From NCBI RefSeq assembly GCF_006345805.1, contig NW_021829603.1, forward strand, positions 1-32,174: a stretch of DNA of 32,174 nucleotides. The letters run 5' to 3'. Position 1 is the first letter of the stretch. Every line of letters begins with the position of its first letter. This stretch comes from Octopus sinensis. Its lineage: Eukaryota. The notes beneath the pieces were generated by a model, which was given only the letters and a program-made list of their open reading frames with translations, was not told the origin of the DNA and did not search any database. Below, in pieces: positions 22,210 to 32,119 of the stretch. The translations under genes and the position numbers were made by a program.

Positions 22210-23490
22210 GTTTTCGTTATTGCCCACATAGGCCTACATAGAACATACAGGGACGCAAATACAAATGCACAAACGGACACAAACGGAAGGGTTTACCAAG
22301 CAAACATAAAAGAATAACAAAACAATTATCAATAAATTAAACAAATACAATTCCCCAACAGGGGGGGGGACTTCCAAAGGAAAACTGTGCAAACCCCACA
22401 GAAAATCACGGTTTCCCTGACCACTTAGGCAAGTACTTCCGCTCCCTTTTACTCCACTCAGGAGCGCATGCTCAGAGCTGGCCCCATCCCGTTCACACGA
22501 ACCATGCTTGTCACTCTCGTTCCCCTTTCAATAAATTTGCTAGAAAGGAGCATCTCCCTCTCCACTCTGATCCGTCTCTTCAAGTGGAACCTCAAAAAGT
22601 TGATCAGAGATCTGCCAGAGAGGGAAGTGCTGGTCTTCGGTCCTTTCAGTCTTGCCCATCACACAGCCTCTTCCGTCGTGGCCACCCGGCAGATGAAAGC
22701 TGCCCGGCCTTCCTGACCAAAAGAAGAGGGCGGAGCAATCTTAACAGTAGTCTCGGTTGATAGTCGGATCCGTGCGACACGCGACAGTAAGTGCTCATCA
22801 TAAATCCACACATCAGAAATTGTCGGACACTGGATGAGTGCGAGCAGAACGGCTTCATCGCTCCGCACACATCTCGGGCAATTCCGACTGACAGCACTTC
22901 CGTGCCTGTGGAGTTTATACTGAACTGACAACGCTCCCCGGTAGCAGGCCAAAGATTTTTGGAAGTTATCCAGAGGCCCCGGGCCAAAAGTCCTCCGGAA
23001 AAGATCGGTCAGTTGTTCCTCGTTGAAGTCCGGGGCCTCCTTAACGACGTCGTCACACCTATCCTCCACTAAACTCCTACAGACCGTAAAGGTAGAATTT
23101 CTAGCCACTCGCCTCCCTCGGTCTCTCTGCTTGACCCAGGGTTGCATTTCCGTTAAGGAGACGAATTGAGGAAAAGTGCGTCTAACTAAGGGCAACCACC
23201 CCTGCTAATTATCAAAGAAACGCTGGAGATGCTGCAGCCCCAGCGCCTGCCTGCGCATCAGCAACCATGGCATGCCTAGCCCTCCGTTCAGCAGCTGTTG
23301 ACAAGTAGATAGACCGCCTGACAAGAGGAACGCGCCCCTTCCACAGAAAGCGAAAGAGTATACACTCCAGCATCTTCAGGCGTGACTTGAGGCAAAGTAC
23401 GACAGTCAGACGGCATTCAATGACGGATGCGACGTACATATTCGTCACATCCGCCCGACCTTTCAGGGACATTTTCATCTCAGTCCATTT
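22210..23490 (-). mobile_element. Tx1/L1-clade LINE, degraded 3' portion
   Basis: MSLKGRADVTNMYVAS...ILFRFLWKGRVPLVRRS (post-RT region) and NCPRCVRSDEAVLLALIQCP (degenerate zf-RVT knuckle). Confidence 0.75.
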
Positions 23491-23499
23491 CTGGGTGAG

Positions 23500-24018
23500 T
23501 TTGGCTACTTAGATCATTACCTTGTCCAAGTTCTTATCCACCTCAAAGACATTCATCATCTCGAAAGAGTCCAGAGGCTGGCTACCCGCATGGTTCTTGG
23601 TCTCAAGCATTTGTCTAATGAAGAAAGGCTGAAGACGCTCGACCGTTATCCTCTAGAAAAACGACGACGTCGTAGTGATCTCATTCTTGCTCACAACATC
23701 ATAAGCGGAAAGTGTAACTTCTCGAAAGAGCTGTTCTTCACTCCTGCTCCAGAGCGTCGGCTGCGGGGTCACTCCGAAAAGCTCTATCTGCAACGATTTC
23801 ATCTCAATCGAAGGAGAGGGGCTTTCTCCGTCCGGGTTGCAGATCCGTGGAATAAGCTGCCGGACGAGATAGTGAAGATGCCGACGACCGCTCGGTTCAA
23901 AGTCTCCCTTGACCAGAAATGGCCTGAACTCTTTGCATGAACACCACTCTGTACATAACTCCATGTCCCCCTATATGGCCTTGCTTTTTTGCTTTTTGAG
24001 CCCAAAAATTAACTTAAC
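23500..24018 (+). mobile_element. CR1-clade LINE 3' end
   Basis: KDIHHLERVQRLATRMVLGLKHLSNEERLKTL...RRRRSDLI...LRGHSEKL...FSVRVADPWNKLP...FKVSLD, a typical CR1 ORF2 terminus. Confidence 0.85.
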
Positions 24019-24296
24019 TTACTACATCGCTAAAGACATAATGACGAGATAATCTAAATTGGAGTTTCGTAATCATGGACATAAAAGCCAACATTTTGCC
24101 AGCTGCCATTTTCGTATCCTGCGTGTGAGATCGCAATGAGATCTTAAGGATATCACACGAGTATCGTTGGTGGAATCGATCGAGACGTTGGATATGCTTG
24201 CAGTAAGCTGTCCAGGTTTTGCATCCGTACAACAGCACAGTTAAGGCACATGTTTGACAGAACTCAAATTTCGTTGCCGCTTTGACGTCCGATCAC
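24019..24296 (-). mobile_element. RTE-clade LINE fragment
   Basis: LTVLLYGCKTWTAYCKHIQRLDRFHQRYSCDILKIS...QFRLSRH resembles RTE LLYGCETW...RFHxRCLRxILxI...QLRWAGH. Confidence 0.7.
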
Positions 24297-24698
24297 GAGT
24301 GGCTGTGTGGTAAGTAGCTTGTTTACCAACCACATGGTTTCGGGTTCAGCCCCACTGCGTGGCACCTTGGGCAAGTGTCTTCTATTATAGTCTCGGGCCA
24401 ACCAAAGCCTTGTGAGTGGATTTGGTAGACAGAAACTGAAATAAGCCCGTCGTCTATATGTATATATATACGTGTGTGCATGTATGTTTGTGTGTCTGTG
24501 TTTGTCCCCCTAGTATTGCTTGATAACCGATGCTGGTGTGTTTATGTCCCCGTCACTTAGCGGTTCGGCAAAAGAGACCGATAGAATAAGTACTGGGCTT
24601 ACAAAGAATAAGTCCCGGGGTCGAGTTGCTCGACTAAAGGCGGTGCTCCAGCATGGCCGCAGTCAACTGACTGAAACAAGTAAAAGAGTAAAAGAGTA
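24297..24698 (+). mobile_element. tRNA-derived SINE family B (CORE-like), bipartite with internal (TA)/(TG) microsatellite
   Basis: GGCTGTGTGGTAAG A-box-like, GGGTTCAGCCCC B-box-like, ACCTTGGGCAAGTG CORE-like segment, (TAAAAGAG)n tail. Confidence 0.8.
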
Positions 24699-25069
24699 TT
24701 ATTGATGTTTCTATCCCCTGAAATAGGGGCCTGTCACTAATGGAGTGTCTATTTTGTCATTCCCTTTTCCTCAAAAAAAAAAATTCGGCCCTTCAAAGTC
24801 ACTAACTGGCTTATACTGAGATCACGTGTTCGTGTGTCCATCATAATTCCTCACCTGTTAACCATCCGTCGCTACGCTGCCGGGGACGACACAGGTAAGA
24901 GGAAATGCATCCTTCAGACGATTCCTACTGTAATGATCACGATGATAGAACCAGGGAGAACCTATTCTTTTTCTTGAAAGAAATTTTAATTCTATATCCA
25001 CCCCCGCCCCGCAATCCAACACACACAAATACACACAGATACAAATACATACACACACACACACTTATG

Positions 25070-25105
<36 letters not shown>

Positions 25106-25194
25106 ATTTTTCTTTCAGCAACAACAACCTGTCACTATAGTGGAAGTTTTTTAAAGTTTGTGTTGATTTGTCTATGTATTGAGAAACATACATA

Positions 25195-25428
25195 TATTTC
25201 TTTACTACCCACAAGGGGCTAAACACAGAGGGGGACAAACAAGGACAGACAGAGGGATTAAGTCGATTAAATCGACCCCAGTGCATAACTGGTACTTAAT
25301 TTATCGACCCCGAAAGGATGAAAGGCAAAGTCGACCTCGGCAGAATTTGAACTCAGAACGTAACGACAGACGAAATACGGCTACACATTTCGCCCGGCGT
25401 GCTAACGGTTCTGCCAGCTCGCCGCCTT
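25195..25428 (-). mobile_element. SINE family A monomer with 16-bp TSD
   Basis: TTGAGAAACATACATA at 25179-25194 and 25427-25442. Confidence 0.9.
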
Positions 25429-25444
25429 GAGAAACATACATAAG

Positions 25445-25545
25445 CACACACACACGCTCGCGCACACACACACGCTCGCGCACACACACACGCTCGCGCC
25501 ACACACACACGCTCGCACACACACACACACGCTCGCGCACACACA
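25445..25545. repeat. (CA)n-GCTCGCG minisatellite, five units of 18-20 bp
   Basis: GCTCGC at 25456, 25474, 25492, 25511 and 25531. Confidence 0.9.
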
Positions 25546-26129
25546 CAACAATAAAATACCTATATGTATCCATATAGTTACTTTTTGAAGTCTGTGTTGC
25601 GTTGTGTTGACAGACTTACACTTAAAGTTCCTGCGTTTTTAGCCAAACTTTTCAGTTACTATAGTGAGAATACTACCCATCTACCTCTCTTTTACACACA
25701 CACACACACACATACACACTCTATCTCTCACTGAGTTTCTCTTTTAACAACTGTTTCTGCCCTATTTTTTCCTCGATGCAAATATAAGTTGTGACAAGAG
25801 TTATTTCCCGTTCATTGTATTTTTTCTCTTAACAACAACTTTATCTTCTCCCTTTCTTCCCTCCATGTAAAAATACGTTGTGATAGGAGTTAACTCCCAC
25901 TTTTCCTTCTCTTCTTACCAATCTCTACAAAGATGTTTTGACGCACAGACAGACGGAGATCAGCTTCTCTTGTCTAATATTGGCTCGAAGTGAACTCACT
26001 TCGGGTCAAGCTCGCCTCGAGCCAAGTTCCCTTCGAGCCAACATGTTTCAATGTAATTGGACGTGATAACACCTTTTGTTGCAACAATAATCCCCGGAGA
26101 AAATTTTCCCACCCGGTGTTATGTAAATA

Positions 26130-26366
26130 TCTATTTCTTTATTACCCACAAGGGGCTAAACACAGAGGGGGACAAACAAGGACAGACAAATGGATTAAGT
26201 CGATTATATCGACCCCAGTGCGTAACTGATACTTAATTTATCGACCCCGAAAGGATGAAAGGCAAAGTTGACCTCGGCGGAATTTGAACTCACAACGTAA
26301 CGACAGACGAAATACGGCTACGCATTTTGCCCGGCGTGCTAATGTTTCTGCCAGCTCGCCGCCTTC
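26130..26366 (-). mobile_element. SINE family A monomer with 14-bp TSD (1 mismatch)
   Basis: GTGTTATGT(A/G)AATA at 26116-26129 and 26367-26380. Confidence 0.9.
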
Positions 26367-26434
26367 GTGTTATGTGAATACCCTCTCTTTCTTTCGGAGA
26401 GGCACTGATTACCTACACGCACACATACACACAC

Positions 26435-26577
26435 GGCAGTAACTTCCGCCTGCCGAATTCAATCACAAAGCTTCGGTCGGCCCGGGGGCCATAGCAGAAG
26501 ACACCTGGCCAAAGTGCCACGCAGTGGGACTGAACCCGAAACCATTTAAGCAGGAAGCAGCTCCCTAACCACACAGT
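26435..26577 (-). mobile_element. SINE family B 5' half, degenerate
   Basis: Reverse complement of the 24297 head (GTGCCACGCAGTGGGACTGAACCCGAAACC). Confidence 0.7.
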
Positions 26578-26822
26578 ATTATTTTTGGCTGCCAGTGATG
26601 TCATTGACTTGTAGGACTTCCGCTTCATTGGGTCCATAGTAGATCCGCCATGTATGCTTGCTACGCGTAAGTGAAGCGTTGGGTTTGTCTATTTGCGTGT
26701 ATGTTATTTTTATTCGACATTATCACTAATTAAAATTATAATCTTTAATTAGGTTCTTAACATTGATTTTCGAGAACCAGTTTGTTCTAGCATAAAATAT
26801 TAAATTGAAAATAGGTGAAAAT

Positions 26823-27071
26823 AGGTGGCACGTAAAAAGCACCATGCGATCGTGGCCGTTTGCCAGCCTCGTCTGGTACCTGTGCAGGTGGCACGTAAAA
26901 AGCACCCACTACACTCACGGAGTGGTTGGCGTTAGGAAGGGCATCCAACCTTAGAAACACTGCCAGATCAGACTGGAGCCTGGCGCAGCCTCCTGGCTTC
27001 CCAGATCCCAGTTGAACCGTCCAACCCATGCTAGCATGGAAAGCGGACGCTAAACGATGATGATGATGATG
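26823..27071 (+). mobile_element. Interspersed repeat family C with (GAT)n tail (retroposon-like)
   Basis: GGTGGCACGTAAAAAGCACC twice, GAGTGGTTGGCGTTAGGAAGGGCATCC, CCAACCCATGCTAGCATGGAAAGCGGACGCTAAAC(GAT)n; related copy at 410-573. Confidence 0.65.
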
Positions 27072-27180
27072 AAATGAAAGATAAGTTCATCATGTGGAAC
27101 AAGTGAACATGAAAGAAATAACAAGGATGTCTGATATTTTCTATTTCCTTCTTTTCCAGATTTAATCTTCGCCTGAAAGT

Positions 27181-27371
27181 ATGTTCCGTCGCACAATGAA
27201 ACTAATGCTGGCTTTTATGCTGACACTATACCTGAGATTATTTTCGGAGGGTCATGCCGTTCCAGATTTCTGCACTAAATGCAGGTGCAATGAGTTCCAG
27301 ACTCAAATATCATGTGCATCTCTCAGACTGATTACGGTTCCACCAGCCATTCCCGTAAATGTCGAATATTT
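27181..27371 (+). CDS. Leucine-rich-repeat secreted/membrane protein, first coding exon (signal peptide + LRRNT)
   Basis: Acceptor TTCCTTCTTTTCCAG ends at 27159. ATG 27181; hydrophobic leader MFRRTMKLMLAFMLTLYLRLFSEGHA; CTKCRCNEFQTQISCASLRLITVPPAIP cap. Phase-2 donor GTAAGT at 27372. Confidence 0.85.
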
Positions 27372-27448
27372 GTAAGTATTAAACAAATTTTACATCTTTT
27401 CCACAACAACCAATAATTTAAACTCTCATTGGTTCTTCTACCAACAAA

Positions 27449-27801
27449 TCTTTATATATAAAAGTGAAAAAAAAAATTACCATCATTTTTTTCCATTTTA
27501 ATGCATTGTATTCGCTATTATATAAGGGAAGTAACTCTCTAAAAATGTCTACGATGAGTCAACGATTTAAAAAAAAATTTACCATCATTTTTTTCCATTT
27601 TAATGCATTGTTTTCGCTATTATATAAGGGAAGTAGCTCTCTAAAAATGTCTACGATGAGTCAACGATTTAAAAAAAAATTTACCATCATTTTTTTTCCA
27701 TTTTTAATGCATTTTTTTGCTACTTTTTGGCTATAACTCTCTAAAAATGCTTTATAGTTATTTCCCTTACAAACCCGAGCAACGCCGGGTGATACTGCTA
27801 G
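27449..27801 (+). mobile_element. Non-autonomous Helitron with internal 102-bp tandem repeats (LRR intron 1)
   Basis: A|TCTTTATATATAAAAGT start, hairpin CCCGAGCAACGCCGGG (27774-27789), CTAG|T end; ACCATC anchors at 27479, 27581 and 27683. Confidence 0.85.
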
Positions 27802-28046
27802 TACTTTATATTGTTGATCTCATCGTTTTAGACACCATGTCACCTGCCGCAAAACCTTCTTCGTCCGTAGCAAATCGACGACCTCATAAAGGATGTTTGA
27901 GCGGCCCCAGAGGTGAGATCTCTGTATACAAGGTGTTCTGGCAACTCGAAAGTCAATGGTTCCAACGATGTGGACGGCCATATGTGGGCATACGTTTGCG
28001 TGCAACAACAACACTCGTTTTGACAATGGACAGGCGGCGTTTTGAC

Positions 28047-28463
28047 AGGCGGCGAGCTGGCAGAAACGTTAGCACGCCGGGCGAAATGCGTAGCCGTATT
28101 TCGTCTACCGTTACGTTCTGAGTTCAAATTCCGCCGAGGTCGACTTTGCCTTTCATCCTTTCGGGGGTCGATTAAATAAGTACCAGTTACGCACTGGGGT
28201 CGATGTAATCGACTTAATCCGTTTGTCTGTCCTTGTTTGTCCACTCTATGTTTAGCCCCTTGTGGGTAGAAAAGAAATAGGTATTTCGTCTGCCGTTACG
28301 TTCTGAGTTCAAATTCCGCCGAGGTCGACTTTGCCTTTCATCCTTTCGGGGTCGATAAATTAAGTACCAGTTACGCACTGGGGTCGATGTAATCGACTTA
28401 ATCCGTTTGTCTGTCCTTGTTTGTCCACTCTATGTTTAGCCCCTTGTTGGTAGTAAAGAAGCA
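28047..28463 (+). mobile_element. SINE family A dimer with 14-bp TSD
   Basis: GTTTTGACAATGGA at 28017-28030 and 28464-28477; second unit starts at 28281. Confidence 0.9.
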
Positions 28464-28654
28464 GTTTTGACAATGGATTTCAGCATTTGATGCAAAGTGC
28501 TAATTTCCGTTTGCTGGCCAGCATTTCAATGAGGCCTACGCAGGTGACTATGAAGGCCTTTCCCAGGTAATGTTCCAGTATGGCCCTGCTGCGTTGCTTA
28601 AAAAACGGTCAACATAAACTTTTCTGTGGATTCTGAATTTCTTTTCTGTTGGCA

Positions 28655-28815
28655 CAGGCGAGGGCCGCATGGTAAAAAGCTTGCTTCCACACCACATGGG
28701 TCCGGGTTCAGTCTCACTGCCTGGTATATTGGGCAAGTGTCTTCTACTATTGCACTGGGCCGACCAAAGTCTTGTGATTGGATTTCATCGATGAAAACTG
28801 AAAGAAGCCTGTCGT
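28655..28815 (+). mobile_element. SINE family B 5' half followed by (CA)n
   Basis: GGGTTCAGTCTC B-box-like, TTGGGCAAGTGTCTTCTA CORE-like, AACTGAAAGAAGCCTGTCG end. Confidence 0.7.
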
Positions 28816-28821
28816 ACGTAC

Positions 28822-28882
<61 letters not shown>

Positions 28883-28883
28883 G

Positions 28884-28920
28884 TGTTTAACGTTTCGAGC
28901 GGAGCTCTTCGTCGGAAACA
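28884..28920 (-). ncRNA. Minimal type I hammerhead-ribozyme-like motif (Penelope-type), probably inactive (U4C)
   Basis: Minus strand TGTTT-CCGACGA-A-GAGC-TCC-GCTC-GAAA-CGT-T-AAACA: stem I 5 bp, stem II 4 bp, palindromic ACGT in place of stem III. Confidence 0.6.
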
Positions 28921-29247
28921 TAGGAAAAGGAAAGATCCAGAGAAGGGAAGACAGAGGAAAAAAATCGCCAACGGTACACACGCGGTCACATTATATATAT
29001 ATATATGTATATATAAATTCGTATATATATATAGATAGAGATATATGTGTATATATATATACATGTATATGTATATATACATATATATACATACATCAAA
29101 TAAAATCAAAAACAGAACATGGAGGATATTTTATTTTATATATTCCCTCTCACCTCTGCCACTATCTGGAGTATACAGGTGCTTACACTTATCAAGTATT
29201 CACCCTACATGCATATACACATACATGCATATACACACATACATATA

Positions 29248-29502
29248 TTGGATTGGTGCGTAATTATTGCGGCATTTTTTCAACAAAGTTTTTATTCAAC
29301 AGAAATAATAACGATATATTTAAGAAAAACATCTTTAAATGATGATCTGTCCGTCTGCCAAGCAAATGGGAAGCAGTAATTGAAGTAGATGGTGAATATG
29401 CTCCGGAATAATCATTTAAAGATGTTTTTGTTAAGTGTTGTTATTGTTTTTGTTGAGTAAAATTTGTTAAAAAAAAGCCGCAAAAATTATGCACCAACCC
29501 AA
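29248..29502 (+). mobile_element. Mariner-derived MITE with ~95-bp inverted arms and TA TSD
   Basis: TA|TTGGATTGGTGCGTAATTATTGCGGC ... GCCGCAAAAATTATGCACCAACCCAA|TA, resembling mariner TIRs. Core 29349-29411 encodes VRLPSKWEAVIEVDGEYAPE*, like a mariner transposase C-terminus. Confidence 0.85.
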
Positions 29503-29705
29503 TATATATATATATGTAAAGTACAGACAAGTATCGACCCATAGGAAATCCTATTAATATCAACCCTTATGAACATTTCTTATTTTCTAGAAATATTATT
29601 GCATTCTATAATTTATATGAAACATAATTGCCTACCCTTGATATTAAATGTATTATCACAAAACTGCTGTGAACAATATCTTATGAACTTAGTTTCATGT
29701 TACAG

Positions 29706-29777
29706 AAATCTGAAGAATAATAAAATCACAAATATTGGAGAACAAGTCTTCCAGAACCTTACCAATTTAAAGAAACT
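29706..29777 (+). CDS. LRR gene coding exon 2 (72 bp, one LRR)
   Basis: TTACAG acceptor, (L)NLKNNKITNIGEQVFQNLTNLKK(L), phase-2 GTAAGT donor; in frame with exon 1. Confidence 0.9.
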
Positions 29778-29909
29778 GTAAGTCCGATATAATATTAAAT
29801 ATTAACTGTCTCCCTTTCAATCCTTTCCGTTTTCTTTATCTGAGAATGTGTATGAGGGCATATATCTCTGAACAAAATTCAGTCTCCGTCCATCTACTTT
29901 TCACTTCCA

Positions 29910-29986
29910 TTCTTCTTCTTCTTCTTCTTCTTCTTCTTCTTCTTCTTCTTCTTCTTCTTCTTCTTCTTCTTCTTCTTCTTCTTCTT

Positions 29987-30045
<59 letters not shown>

Positions 30046-30334
30046 CATTGTTACTGTTATTGTTATTATTATTAATAATATTATTATTATTAATAATAAT
30101 AATAATAATAATTATTATTATTATTAATTAATATTATTATTATTAATTATTAATATTATTGTTACTATTATTTATTATTATTATTATTATTATTAATTAT
30201 TATTATTATTATTATTGTTATAATTATTATTAGTCATTATTATTAATTATTATTATTATTATTAATTATTATTATTATTATTAATTATCATTATTATTAT
30301 TAATTATTATTATTATTAATTATCATTATTATTA

Positions 30335-30377
<43 letters not shown>

Positions 30378-30386
30378 TATTATTAT
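29910..30386. repeat. (TTC)n followed by (TTA)n microsatellites
   Basis: Directly visible. Confidence 0.95.
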
Positions 30387-30688
30387 TCATTTTTCTTTTT
30401 ATTCTTTAACATGTATCCTTTTTATCCACCTCATCACCATTTTCTCCTCTTGCTCCAGCTCTTCCTCCACCACCTCCTCTTCCTCTCCCTCCTCCTCGAC
30501 TGCCGAGACAAGCCATTCCTTTCATTTCGGAGTCAATAAATGAGTACCAGTTTCACACTGGACCCAATGTAGTGGATTTGCCCCTACCCCGGAATTGCTG
30601 TCCTTGTACTGAAATTTTAAACCGATATTTAATATTTTATCTCAAATCTGTTCTACCCCTTTTTTATAAACTCATCTTTATGTTAAAG

Positions 30689-30760
30689 AGAACTGAGGAA
30701 TAACGAAATCCAGGAAATTGATGAACAAGCCTTCCATGACCTTACCAACTTAAAGGAATT
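30689..30760 (+). CDS. LRR gene coding exon 3 (72 bp, one LRR); gene continues beyond the window
   Basis: TTAAAG acceptor, (L)ELRNNEIQEIDEQAFHDLTNLKE(L), phase-2 GTAAGT donor. Confidence 0.9.
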
Positions 30761-30802
30761 GTAAGTCGGATCACTCATGTTAACGCTATTTCATTGACGA
30801 TA

Positions 30803-31029
30803 TACTCTTTACTCTTTACTCTTTTACTTGTTTCAGTCATTTGACTGCGGCTATGCTGGAGCACCACCTTTAATCGAGCAACTCGACCCCGGGACTTATT
30901 CTTTTTGTAAGCCCAGTACTTATTCTATCGGTCTCTTTTGCCGAACCGCTAAGTAACGGAGACATAAACACACCAGCATCGGTTGTCAAGCAATGCTGGG
31001 GGACAAAGACAGACCCACAAACACACATG

Positions 31030-31032
<3 letters not shown>
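30803..31032 (-). mobile_element. SINE family B 3' half
   Basis: Reverse complement of 24490-24698, including the tail. Confidence 0.85.
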
Positions 31033-31107
<75 letters not shown>

Positions 31108-31159
31108 TGTCTTGACACAGAGAGGTGGGGTTAGTTTTTCAGTTTGCATCTCGATGATC

Positions 31160-31236
31160 GAATGTACTGATGAAGTCACGGACATTTTAATTATTAAGTA
31201 ATTCTTCTGTTAAGACCGAAACCGAGGTATGCATTT
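31160..31236 (+). ncRNA. Type I hammerhead-ribozyme-like motif
   Basis: Stem I GAATGTA/TGCATTT; CTGATGA at 31167-31173; extended stem II (GTC/GAC, ACGGA/TCTGT, AATTA/TAATT); GAAA at 31218-31221; 2-bp stem III AC-CGAG-GT; GUA cleavage triplet (A31229). A10.1-C11.1 mismatch. Confidence 0.7.
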
Positions 31237-31419
31237 AAGTCTGTTTTTTATTTAAATTTTCATATGTCCTGCCCGCCAAATTTGGTTCTGGTGTTCGCTG
31301 AATTTTCCTCTAGAGAATTTCCCTGTAGTTTTGATCGTTGATTATCTTCTTCTAGCATTCGGCCGGCTACTTAGCAGGCCAGCCCTGCCTATATATACAT
31401 ATATATATATAATATATTA

Positions 31420-31462
<43 letters not shown>

Positions 31463-31465
31463 TAT

Positions 31466-31627
31466 GACGGCTTCTTTCAGTTTTCGTCTACCAAATCCAC
31501 TCACAAGGCTTTGGTCAGCCCAAGGCTATACTAGAAGACACTTGCCCAAGGTGCCACGCAGCGGGACTGAACCCGGAACCATGTGGTTGGTTAGCAAGCT
31601 ACTTACCACACAGCCACTCCTGCGCCT
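31466..31627 (-). mobile_element. SINE family B 5' half
   Basis: Reverse complement of the head AGGCGCAGGAGTGGCTGTGTGGTAAGTAGC...CTTGGGCAAGTGTCTTCTAG. Confidence 0.85.
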
Positions 31628-31857
31628 ATATGTATTCACCTCCAAATATTAAAAGTCTTCCTTACCCTTTTTCTCTCTCCCCTATTTGCTTCGTCCCCAT
31701 ATAAGTGTGTATGGTGGTGTATCTCTCTCTACTACATTCACTCCTTGTCCCTCATCTTCCCTTCGTCCCACACGTTTATTGTCTCTCCCTTCTGTTACAT
31801 ATTCTCCCTTTGTATTTCCTCATCTTCGACATTTCTTTCTCTTCCTTCTTATAATAT

Positions 31858-31961
31858 ACTACTACTACTATTACTACTACTACTACTACTAGTTCTACTA
31901 CTACTACTACAAGTTCTACTACTACTACTACAAGTTCTACAACTACTACTAGTAGTAGTTT

Positions 31962-32000
<39 letters not shown>

Positions 32001-32065
32001 AACTACTACTACTACTAGTTATACTAATACTACTACTACTACTACTACTATTACTACTACTAGTT

Positions 32066-32119
<54 letters not shown>
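31858..32119. repeat. (CTA)n microsatellite with interruptions
   Basis: Directly visible. Confidence 0.95.

Noticed and set aside
27805-28640. Possible very old RTE-like LINE relic hosting the 28047 SINE
   Set aside because: Only faint resemblance on the minus strand (RVLLLHANVC, CIQRSHLWGRSN); not supportable without a profile search.
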